43,980 bases of DNA, from NCBI GenBank assembly GCA_963991775.1, contig CAXDRM010000002.1, positions 1 through 43,980 of the forward strand. The letters run 5' to 3'. Below the pieces are notes generated by a model, which was given only the letters and a program-made list of their open reading frames with translations, was not told the DNA's origin and made no database searches. Source of the stretch: an uncultured Rickettsiales bacterium (lineage in GTDB: Bacteria > Pseudomonadota > Alphaproteobacteria > Rickettsiales > JABIRX01). A program made the position numbers and the translations under genes. Shown here piece after piece: positions 27,688 to 37,413 of the stretch; positions within the stretch are counted from its first letter, which is position 1; every line of letters starts with the position of its first letter.

Positions 27688-27842
27688 ATAAGCTTTGCTA
27701 ATAACTAGATTTAGCTCCAAACAAACTTTAATTATCCTAAAAAATACTCAAAAAATAATAGATTATTATTTAACTTTAATTTATAAGGTTTTCGTAGTTA
27801 TGCAGCATTGTTAACAATTGATATATCATGCTTGTATTTTTG

Positions 27843-27960
27843 ATGAGCACAACTTTTTAAAAGCGCAGCGTATATAGACATACGTGAGCATTTTAAAAGA
27901 GTTGTAGCGAATCACTCTGCTAAAATAATAGTGATTTATCGCTGTTATTTTAGAAAAGAC
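27843..27960 (-). repeat. Family C interspersed repeat, copy C1
   Basis: The reverse complement of 27884-27925 is TTTTAGCAGAGTGATTCGCTACAACTCTTTTAAAATGCTCAC. Extended by 4 nt into the flank, it matches copy C2 at 38 of 46 hand-aligned positions. The internal inverted arms are GCACAACTTTTTAAAAGCGC and GCATTTTAAAAGAGTTGTAGC. Confidence 0.65.
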
Positions 27961-27991
27961 TGCACATAATACTACTTTAAAAACACTCAAA

Positions 27992-28067
27992 GCCGGAATA
28001 GCTCAGTTGGTAGAGCATTCGCCTTGTAAGCGACAGGTCGGGAGTTCGAGTCTCTCTTCCGGCACCA
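27992..28067 (+). tRNA. tRNA-Thr (TGT anticodon), encoded CCA
   Basis: Hand-folded cloverleaf. The acceptor stem is GCCGGAA/TTCCGGC, the D arm GCTCAGTTGGTAGAGC, the anticodon loop CTTGTAA and the T arm GGGAG-TTCGAGT-CTCTC. Confidence 0.9.
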
Positions 28068-28077
28068 TTTTTTTAGG

Positions 28078-28827
28078 TTGTTGATTTTGTCTAAAAAAGC
28101 TTTTTCACTTGTCGAACTTTCTCTTGTCATTGTAATTATTGGCTTGTTAATTGGTGGTATATCTGCTGGTAAACAAGTAATCGAAAATGCCAAATTACGC
28201 GCTACTATTGCTAAAATTAAGCAATATGAAGTGGCTTTAAATAGTTTTTATACGCAATATAAAAAACTTCCTGGTGATATTGATAATGCTACTGATTTTT
28301 GGTCAGGCACTCAAAATGGTGATGCAGATTTTCAGATAGATGCACCATGCACTGGTGGTCCAAATGGTTTGGAATCATTAATAAGTTTAGAGCATCTTAG
28401 CCTAGCTGAGTTAATTACTGGTTCATTTACCGGTATTGGTGTTACTGATGGCGCAGAAAGTGAATTAGCAGCTCTTGGCACAAATGTTGATAATTTTCCT
28501 TATGCAGGTTCTGCTGCTATTTTTCATTATCTTACAAGCTATACTTTATATAGCTCAGGCCCAACTATCACTACCAATAAAAATGTCTTAAATATTGGTG
28601 CACCAAGTGCTAGCTGCCCTACTCTTGATACACCTATTCTTTCTAGCGTAGAAGCTTATATGATTGATCAAAAGCTAGATGATCTAAATCCTGGCACTGG
28701 TTATATTCTAAGTGGCGCAGCTACAACAGATTGCGCCGAGACTGTAAATTCAATTTACGAATATAATGTAGATTCAGATGAAACTTGCCTAATTTATTAT
28801 GTTTTAGAGGGGCTTGATTTGCTATAA
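28078..28827 (+). CDS. Type IV pilin / pseudopilin-like protein P2 (paralogue of P1)
   Basis: 249 aa in the ORF track. It has a leader ...SKKA, then FSLVELSLVIVIIGLLIGGISAG. It shares Y-x-x-[YL]-PGD and D-x-K-[IL]-DD motifs with P1. A C-terminal Cys pair lies 18 residues apart (TDCAETVNSIYEYNVDSDETCL). There is no ATG start: the candidates are TTG at 28078, 28081 or 28087, and the last would give the leader MSKKA. Confidence 0.65.
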   Translation: MLILSKKAFSLVELSLVIVIIGLLIGGISAGKQVIENAKLRATIAKIKQYEVALNSFYTQYKKLPGDIDNATDFWSGTQNGDADFQIDAPCTGGPNGLESLISLEHLSLAELITGSFTGIGVTDGAESELAALGTNVDNFPYAGSAAIFHYLTSYTLYSSGPTITTNKNVLNIGAPSASCPTLDTPILSSVEAYMIDQKLDDLNPGTGYILSGAATTDCAETVNSIYEYNVDSDETCLIYYVLEGLDLL

Positions 28828-28906
28828 CTAATCTTCTTTATTTGCACAAATATTGCATATATGATATAGTATTACAAATAAAAGATCAAATATTGCTAGG
28901 TATATT

Positions 28907-29458
28907 TTGCGCAACAGAATAAATCATTTTTTAACAGAGTTAAATGATTGGTGTAATACTGAGCTAAATTATAATGCAATTAATGCTAATAATATTGGGA
29001 GAGCTTATTTAGACATATACAATGCATTTTATAACTCAGAAATTTGCAATCAAAATGTAGATTTAGATTTGTCATCATATAATTTACGGCATGTGCCATT
29101 TTCAATATTATATATCAGTAGGATTGAGTCACTAAATATTGATAATAATCACTTTAATCAAGAAGAGCTCCAACAATTTTATAATAGATTGGATAATGTA
29201 TCTGCCATTAATAATCATTTTCTTAGTAATAATTATGAATCTTTATCAATTGCTGTACAGCCAGATGATAGTTCTGTTGAATTCGAGACTTCTTCATGGA
29301 GCTCATCATCCGTAGCTACTATAGTGTCTCAAGAATCGCAAAATAGTAATTACAACACATCTAATAACCCATATAATATTAGGCAAATATCAGGATCAGT
29401 TTGGCAAGATAGAGTATTAGAAGATCAATTTATTCTTAGGAGGCATAGAGAGAGATAA
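28907..29458 (+). CDS. Small leucine-rich-repeat protein with Ser/Asn-rich tail (effector-like); hypothetical
   Basis: 183-aa ORF with 2-3 LRR units (VDLDLSSYNLRHVPFSILYISR, IESLNIDNNHFNQEELQQFYNR, LDNVSAINNHF). A Trp/Cys-containing cap region precedes them and a low-complexity S/N tail follows. It has no ATG or internal Met codon; the only candidate start is a TTG at 28907 with an AGG 8 nt upstream. Confidence 0.45.
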   Translation: MRNRINHFLTELNDWCNTELNYNAINANNIGRAYLDIYNAFYNSEICNQNVDLDLSSYNLRHVPFSILYISRIESLNIDNNHFNQEELQQFYNRLDNVSAINNHFLSNNYESLSIAVQPDDSSVEFETSSWSSSSVATIVSQESQNSNYNTSNNPYNIRQISGSVWQDRVLEDQFILRRHRER

Positions 29459-29478
29459 TATAAAGATGGAACTTAGTA

Positions 29479-30258
29479 TTATTTTAAATTTATAGATTTC
29501 TCCAATTTAACACCACCAGTCATCAGAATTTCTCGATTCTCATTTAAGATAATTTTAAGAGACCCGCCAGGCATGGTAATTTGCACAGGTAATTCAATTA
29601 ATTGTTTTTTATAAGCAGCTACTGCCGTAGCACAGGCACCAGTGCCACATGCTGCTGTTGCCCCTGCTCCGCGCTCCCAAGTTTCTAACTTAATATTTTG
29701 TGCATCAGCTATATGTGCAATATTGATATTAATATTTTCTGGAAATAAATCTGCAGTTTCAAGACCAGCAACCTCCTCTGCCAAATTTACCTCAGCAATA
29801 TTCTCAACAAAAAACACTAAATGAGGATTGCCTACATTTACTGCTACTGCTTTGCCAAATTTTTGTGTATCCAACAATTCTAGATTTAATGTATCTAGCT
29901 CATATGCTAGAGGAATATCATACCAAGTAAAATTAGCCTGACCCATATTTACTTGGTAATTCTCAGCTATTTTTTTAGTTGCAAGAATACGATTAACTGT
30001 TTCTATAGTTGCAGCTTCTTGACCAGAGGTTTGGTAAATTATATCTGCAACACATCTAGTAGCGTTGCCACAAGCATCTGCACAGCTACCATCTTTATTT
30101 AAAATTTGCATTTCTAAATCTGCATTTTTTGATGCACGCAAAATTATGAGCTGATCATAGTCATAATCAAATTGATAGTTTTGATAAGCAAAATCTGGGT
30201 TTTTACGCAGGTCAAAAATAGCAAATTTATTACCAAGACCATGCATTAAATATAACAT
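29479..30258 (-). CDS. dapF: Diaminopimelate epimerase
   Basis: 259 aa with MHGLGNKFAIFD and the two catalytic Cys motifs ACGNATRC and ACGTGACA. Confidence 0.9.
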   Translation of the reverse strand: MLYLMHGLGNKFAIFDLRKNPDFAYQNYQFDYDYDQLIILRASKNADLEMQILNKDGSCADACGNATRCVADIIYQTSGQEAATIETVNRILATKKIAENYQVNMGQANFTWYDIPLAYELDTLNLELLDTQKFGKAVAVNVGNPHLVFFVENIAEVNLAEEVAGLETADLFPENININIAHIADAQNIKLETWERGAGATAACGTGACATAVAAYKKQLIELPVQITMPGGSLKIILNENREILMTGGVKLEKSINLK

Positions 30259-30269
30259 AAATTACCTTT

Positions 30270-30470
30270 TTATTTATAGCCATCCGGCTGGTGAGCAATG
30301 CCGAACCACAAGGATGGTGAACATAGCGTTATTAACTATCTCAGATTCCGCCAATTCGGCAGGCTCAGGGAACACATATTCCGATACGCTCATAGTCAAA
30401 AAGACTATCAAGGGATCTTTCGGTACTAACCTTCGCTATGCTCAGGTTCACTCAAGAACCGGGTTAATAA
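30270..30470 (-). repeat. GC-richer ~200-bp palindromic element between dapF and gyrB (contains family B copy B3)
   Basis: The long-range inverted arms are TGAACATAGCGTT (30318-30330) and TTCGCTATGCTCA (30432-30444), complementary at 10 of 13 positions. The local hairpins are CCATCC/GGATGG (30280-30317) and ATAGTC-AAAAA-GACTAT (30392-30408). The B blocks GGATCTTTCGGTAC (30413-30426) and CACTCAAGAACCGG (30449-30462) are reverse complements of the B4 blocks. Confidence 0.6.
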
Positions 30471-30483
30471 GATACTAGTTTTA

Positions 30484-32925
<2,442 letters not shown>

Positions 32926-33050
32926 CTAGTTTTAAAAACATGAAATTTATATTAATTTTTCTTTAATTAGGCAAGTAAAACTATAGGGCATTATCTTGAA
33001 TTAACATATTGCACACGCTTTTATAAAACATAGCACTTTTTAGTAGCATG

Positions 33051-33130
33051 TTTTAGCAGAGTAGCTCGCTTCCACTATTTAAAAATGCTCACCTATATTT
33101 GATAGGCTAAACGTTTCAAAAGTTGAGCTC
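33051..33130 (+). repeat. Family C interspersed repeat, copy C2
   Basis: TTTTAGCAGAGTAGCTCGCTTCCACTATTTAAAAATGCTCACCTAT ... AAAAGTTGAGCTC aligns with the reverse complement of C1 and with C3. Confidence 0.65.
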
Positions 33131-33195
33131 GCCAAAAATCCAAACACACTATATTAATTCAAAATAGACCCAAATAAAATACATAATAATAAATA

Positions 33196-33285
33196 CGGTT
33201 CTCGAGTGGCTGAACGAATGTGAAGCTGTACCGAGAGATCCTTTAGCTAATTTCTAAGACTCACCCAGCCTTTCGCTACAATTTT
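33196..33285 (+). repeat. Family B palindromic interspersed repeat, copy B4
   Basis: The blocks CGGTTCTCGAGTG and GTACCGAGAGATCC match B3 at 12/13 and 13/14 positions. They are followed by TTCTAAGACT...TTTCGCTACAATTTT, which is shared with B2. Confidence 0.65.
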
Positions 33286-33320
33286 TTTTAACGCCAAAAA
33301 TCACTGAAGAACTTAAAGCC

Positions 33321-34085
33321 CTAATTATCTATGTCTTGGATAATCTGTGCACCATGCTCCGCAATGAATTTGCGCAATAACTTTGTGGCTTCATTAATTT
33401 GCTGTTCATCTAGCCCTCTAAAGACCAAAGAAGTTCCCAATTTATCACCACGTATAAAAGGATAGCTACCAATCTCGATATCAGGATGACGATATTGAAT
33501 ATTAGCTAAAGGCTCTGCCAAATCACCTTCAGTAATATATGTACTAATTGTATGTGATTTTTTTTGCGGACCAGCATTTAAATGCTCTTCCGCAGCTTTT
33601 ACCATAGCTTTCATTATTGCTGGCACTCCTGCCATAACAAAAACATTCTCAATTTTAAAACCTGGCGCTGCACTAATAGGATTATTTAACAATGTAGAGC
33701 CTTCTGGCAAATCAGCCATTTTAAGACGTGCTGCATTAAGCTCTTTATCAGTTTTTTCATAATGCTCTTCAAGAAGACGAACAGCTTTTGCATCACGATA
33801 AAGCTCTACACCAAAAGCTTTAGCAATAGATAAGGCAGTTATATCATCATGCGTTGGACCAATACCGCCGCTAGTAAATACATAATCATATTTATACCGC
33901 AATTCATTAACAGCACCAATAATTTGCTCTTCATCATCACACACAAATCTTGCTTCAGCAAAATTAATGCCCAGCTTGTTTAACTCAACAGCTAAAAAAT
34001 TAAGATTTTGATCAGGAGTTCTGCCGCTTAGAATCTCGTTGCCAATTATAATAAAAGCTGCTGTTTGTTGTTTTTTTGCTGTCAT
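33321..34085 (-). CDS. CinA-like molybdopterin-binding (MoCF_BD) domain protein
   Basis: 254 aa. The N-terminus AAFIIIGNEILSGRTPDQNLNFLAVELNKLGI and the motif TSGGIGPTHDDIT are typical of the CinA N-terminal domain family. Confidence 0.75.
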   Translation of the reverse strand: MTAKKQQTAAFIIIGNEILSGRTPDQNLNFLAVELNKLGINFAEARFVCDDEEQIIGAVNELRYKYDYVFTSGGIGPTHDDITALSIAKAFGVELYRDAKAVRLLEEHYEKTDKELNAARLKMADLPEGSTLLNNPISAAPGFKIENVFVMAGVPAIMKAMVKAAEEHLNAGPQKKSHTISTYITEGDLAEPLANIQYRHPDIEIGSYPFIRGDKLGTSLVFRGLDEQQINEATKLLRKFIAEHGAQIIQDIDN

Positions 34086-34143
34086 CTTTACATCAAATTA
34101 TGTCTAAACTAGAATAGCATGTCTCATTTATATATCAAAGATA

Positions 34144-34920
34144 ATGACCATAAAAATTCATAAAGCTAATGATTTCCAAAAAATGCGTAAAGCAGGAAAA
34201 TTAGCGGCACAAACTTTAGACTATATTGCACCTTATGTTAAGCCCGGAGTAAGCACAGAGGAGCTTGATAAATTATGTCATGATTTTATTATCAAACATC
34301 AAGCAATTCCTGCTCCACTAAATTATAAAGGCTTTCCAAAATCAATCTGCACCTCAGTAAATCATGTAATCTGTCATGGCATCCCGGGCAACAAAAAATT
34401 GAAAAATGGTGACATCATAAATATTGATGTAACAGTTATCGTAGATGGCTGGCATGGTGATACTAGCAGAATGTATTTTGTGGGTGAACCACCTATTAAA
34501 GCAAAAAAATTAGTAGATGTTACTTATCATGCGATGCTAGCAGGTATAGAGCAAGTAAAACCAGGTAATTCTCTTGGTGATATTGGCGCAGCAATTCAAA
34601 ACATTGCAGAAGCAGAAGGCTATTCAGTAGTTAGAGATTTTTGCGGCCATGGTATTGGCCAAACATTTCATGATGCGCCAAATGTTTTACATTATGGCAC
34701 AGCTGGTGAAGGTGATATTTTAAAAGAAGGCATGTTTTTTACCATAGAGCCTATGATCAATATTGGTAAATATCATACTAAAACCTTATCAGATGGTTGG
34801 ACAGTAGTAACCAAAGATAAATCTTTATCTGCTCAATTTGAACATACTATAGGAGTTACTAAAGATGGTTATGAGATCTTCACTCTCTCTCCTACAGGAC
34901 TACATAATCCTCCTTATTAA
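34144..34920 (+). CDS. map: Type I methionine aminopeptidase
   Basis: 258 aa with the metal ligand context ICHGIP, DIINIDV, GWHGDTSR, GHGIG, FTIEP and EHT. Confidence 0.93.
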   Translation: MTIKIHKANDFQKMRKAGKLAAQTLDYIAPYVKPGVSTEELDKLCHDFIIKHQAIPAPLNYKGFPKSICTSVNHVICHGIPGNKKLKNGDIINIDVTVIVDGWHGDTSRMYFVGEPPIKAKKLVDVTYHAMLAGIEQVKPGNSLGDIGAAIQNIAEAEGYSVVRDFCGHGIGQTFHDAPNVLHYGTAGEGDILKEGMFFTIEPMINIGKYHTKTLSDGWTVVTKDKSLSAQFEHTIGVTKDGYEIFTLSPTGLHNPPY

Positions 34921-34937
34921 AGGTAAAAACTTTCTCC

Positions 34938-35203
34938 AGAATGAGGAGGTATGTTTAATCGCTCAGGCAGTCCTCGAATTTTATCAAAGAATAGTTAGAC
35001 ACTGTTAGCTAATTATTAAATTTCCATATTCTTTCCTATTTTTGCTTATTTTGTACAAAAATTTATTCGAATATATCCAGATATTAGAAAAAATTTTTGT
35101 AAAAAAACGCTAAAAATATCAAAAAATCTAAAAACAGAATAATTAGCTAACAGTGTCTAATAAAATCCTGTGGAATCTCGCTCTAAACATACCTCCTCAT
35201 TCT
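34938..35203. mobile_element. 266-bp MITE-like non-coding element with nested perfect inverted repeats
   Basis: The outer perfect 20-bp inverted repeat is AGAATGAGGAGGTATGTTTA (34938-34957) with TAAACATACCTCCTCATTCT (35184-35203). The inner perfect 23-bp inverted repeat is TTAGACACTGTTAGCTAATTATT (34995-35017) with AATAATTAGCTAACAGTGTCTAA (35138-35160). The centre is AT-rich. There is no ORF and no obvious target-site duplication. Confidence 0.7.
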
Positions 35204-35222
35204 TTACATGAATAATAATTTT

Positions 35223-35332
35223 ATATAGTCACTGGAGTTTAGCTGTGCATTTGCGTATCAGGAGCATTTGTGAATAGCCATTTTGCTATCACAAAGCGCA
35301 AGCAAATCAGAGCTAAACTCCAGTGACTATAT
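35223..35332 (+). repeat. Family A palindromic interspersed repeat, copy A2
   Basis: The perfect 22-bp terminal inverted repeat is ATATAGTCACTGGAGTTTAGCT (35223-35244) with AGCTAAACTCCAGTGACTATAT (35311-35332). It flanks the core GTGCATTTGCGTATCAGGAGCATTTGTGAATAGCC. Confidence 0.8.
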
Positions 35333-35459
35333 TTATAATAACTTTGCTGAATAAATATGCATAATGTTATCTAACAACAACTTTTCTTAGATGATTTATT
35401 AAAACTTGCTTATAGCAATATTTTGTGGCAAAGATGAAATCTCTTAAAAAAGGAGTAAA

Positions 35460-36860
35460 ATGCAAATTGTACAAAATAAAAAATTTAATAGCTTAATTAT
35501 CTGCTTTGGCCTGTTTTTTCTTATTTTAGGCTTGCCTGACAAATTTTTTGCCTCAGAAAAAGTTCAAACTATCTTGGCTATCGGAGCATTAATGTTCTCG
35601 CTCTGGGTAACTGAAACTTTTCCTATAGCTATAACCTCCTTAATACCTATCCTACTTTTTCCTGTGATGGATGTAATGGACATTAATAAAACTGCTAGCT
35701 ATTACGGCAGTAAGATCATCTTTTTATTTTTAAGTGGCTTCATCCTCGCTTTGGCCTTGGAAAAATGGCATCTCAATAAAAGAATTGCTCTCAATATTTT
35801 AAAATTAACAGGTAATGGACCACGCAATATTTTGCTTGGTTTTATGCTTGCTACTGCCTTACTTAGTATGTGGATCAGCAATACTGCAACTACAGTGATG
35901 ATGCTACCTATAGCGCTTTCAATGATTTATGCCATCGATGATAACCCTGATCCTAATTTCTCTAAAACCTTAATGATTGCTATAGCTTATGCTGCTTCAA
36001 TTGGAGGTATCGCTACAATTATTGGTACACCGCCAAATGCAATATTAGTAAATTACTTAAGTGAATCACAAAATTATGATATTAGCTTCTTTTTTTGGTT
36101 TGTAAGATTTTTACCTCTAACCATCATTGTACTGATGGGTGTCTGGGCCTTTCTAGCTTTCTTTAAGCTTAAAAATACTGCAATGCCTACTTCAAAAACT
36201 ACAGAAGTTATTGATAAAGAGCTTAAAAAATTAGGAGCCATGTCTTATGAAGAAAAGCTAGTAATGAGTATTTTTGCTTTCACAGCTCTGAGCTGGATTT
36301 TTAAAGGCTTACTACCTTTTAAAATTGATGATGTAGCAATTGGTATTTTCGGTGCAGCCTTAATGTTTATCGTGCCTTGTAAAAACTCTGATGATTACTT
36401 GCTTAATTGGGGTGATACAAAAAATCTTTCTTGGGGAACCTTACTACTTTTTGGTGGTGGTTTTGCTTTAGCTAAAGGTATGGAGAATTCTGGCTTTATT
36501 GATATTATTGGTAATTACATCGAGCATATCTCGCAAGGTAAATTAATTATTGCGCTACTCGTCTCAATTTTTATTGCGATCTTTCTTACAGAATTTATGA
36601 GTAATTTAGCCTTAACTGCAATTATTGTACCAGTACTTGCTGCAATTTCGATTACTTATACCGGTAATCCTTTGGCTTTATCTATGCCAGCTGCAGTTGC
36701 TACCTCATGCGCTTTTATGACGCCAATGGCCACACCGCCAAATGCCATTGTATTTTCTAGCGGCTTTATCAAAATGAAAGATATGATTAAAACTGGTATT
36801 TTTTGTAATCTCTTCAGCTTTGTTACCATCTTTATCTATGCTAAGCTGGTGATTAATTAG
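35460..36860 (+). CDS. DASS/SLC13 family divalent-anion:sodium symporter (sulfate or dicarboxylate)
   Basis: 466 aa and polytopic. The two hairpin-tip motifs are SNTATTVMMLP and the related second-half region (MSNLALTAIIVP, TPPNAIV). There is a strong SD (AAGGAG) upstream of the ATG at 35460. Confidence 0.8.
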   Translation: MQIVQNKKFNSLIICFGLFFLILGLPDKFFASEKVQTILAIGALMFSLWVTETFPIAITSLIPILLFPVMDVMDINKTASYYGSKIIFLFLSGFILALALEKWHLNKRIALNILKLTGNGPRNILLGFMLATALLSMWISNTATTVMMLPIALSMIYAIDDNPDPNFSKTLMIAIAYAASIGGIATIIGTPPNAILVNYLSESQNYDISFFFWFVRFLPLTIIVLMGVWAFLAFFKLKNTAMPTSKTTEVIDKELKKLGAMSYEEKLVMSIFAFTALSWIFKGLLPFKIDDVAIGIFGAALMFIVPCKNSDDYLLNWGDTKNLSWGTLLLFGGGFALAKGMENSGFIDIIGNYIEHISQGKLIIALLVSIFIAIFLTEFMSNLALTAIIVPVLAAISITYTGNPLALSMPAAVATSCAFMTPMATPPNAIVFSSGFIKMKDMIKTGIFCNLFSFVTIFIYAKLVIN

Positions 36861-37413
36861 CAAAATAATCAATTGCTGCAAAGCCAATAATATTAAGCAT
36901 ATCTAGCCTCTTTATATTTTGCGGCTTAATTCCTCCTAATGCCACTATATTACTGAAGCCTTTAGTCTGTTTAGCAAATCTTACTGTACCTAAAGCCTGC
37001 TTACCTGGATGTGAGCTTGTCATAAATAATGGTGAGTAAAAAATTAAATCGCGCTTGGCGCCATTGGCAGCGATAATTGAGCTATATTTATGACAAGAAT
37101 TACTCAGCAAAAATCTACTATTATATTGTTTAGATCTAACTTGCTTCTGGTTTTCCTTGTAATGTATACCATCAGCTTTTAGTAATGTGGCAATTCTTAT
37201 AGAGGCGCTAATAAAAAAATATATTTTATTTTGCCAACAAATTTTGCGGCAAAGCTGCAAATATACTCTGCTGTAATTTTGCATATCACGCATGATAAAG
37301 ATTGAGCCTTGTGGTAATTTTTTTATAATCAGATGCGGTTCTTTTATTTTGTGGTAATCACTAAATAAAACCTGGCCTGAAAATTTTTTATAAAAACTAT
37401 TTCTGTTAAGCAT
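36853..37413 (-). CDS. Thiamine-phosphate synthase (ThiE/TenI) family-like protein
   Basis: The C-terminal half resembles the ThiE TIM barrel (ADGIHY, SCHKYSSIIAANGAKRDLIFYSPLFMTSSHPGK, NIVALGGIKPQNI, GFAAIDYF). The preferred start is the ATG at 37413 (MLNRNSFYKKF). The ORF-track 225-aa form adds 39 Cys/Leu-rich residues antisense to the conserved yggS 5' end. Confidence 0.55.
   Translation of the reverse strand: MLNRNSFYKKFSGQVLFSDYHKIKEPHLIIKKLPQGSIFIMRDMQNYSRVYLQLCRKICWQNKIYFFISASIRIATLLKADGIHYKENQKQVRSKQYNSRFLLSNSCHKYSSIIAANGAKRDLIFYSPLFMTSSHPGKQALGTVRFAKQTKGFSNIVALGGIKPQNIKRLDMLNIIGFAAIDYFAN

Noticed and set aside
27807-27818. Perfect 12-nt palindrome ATTGTTAACAAT upstream of tRNA-Thr.
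   Set aside because: It is short, AT-rich and a single occurrence. Several such palindromes are expected by chance in a 44-kb AT-rich window.
19620-28067. Search for direct repeats of the tRNA 3' ends (att-like duplications) bounding the two pilin-containing slots, and for integrase genes.
   Set aside because: I found no second copy of the 3' halves of tRNA(CAT) or tRNA-Thr near 22.5 kb or 29.5 kb. No integrase or transposase ORF is present, so a classical tRNA-integrated island cannot be supported.
30270-30470. I tested the idea that the dapF-gyrB spacer, or other GC-richer spacers, encodes SRP RNA, 6S RNA, tmRNA or RNase P RNA.
   Set aside because: On neither strand could I find the conserved SRP domain IV sequence (GGAAGCAGCC-like), the RNase P GAGGAAAGTCC box, or a tRNA-like TTCGA-containing 3' end. 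The shared blocks with other spacers point to repeat elements instead. Only an Infernal/Rfam scan can settle this.
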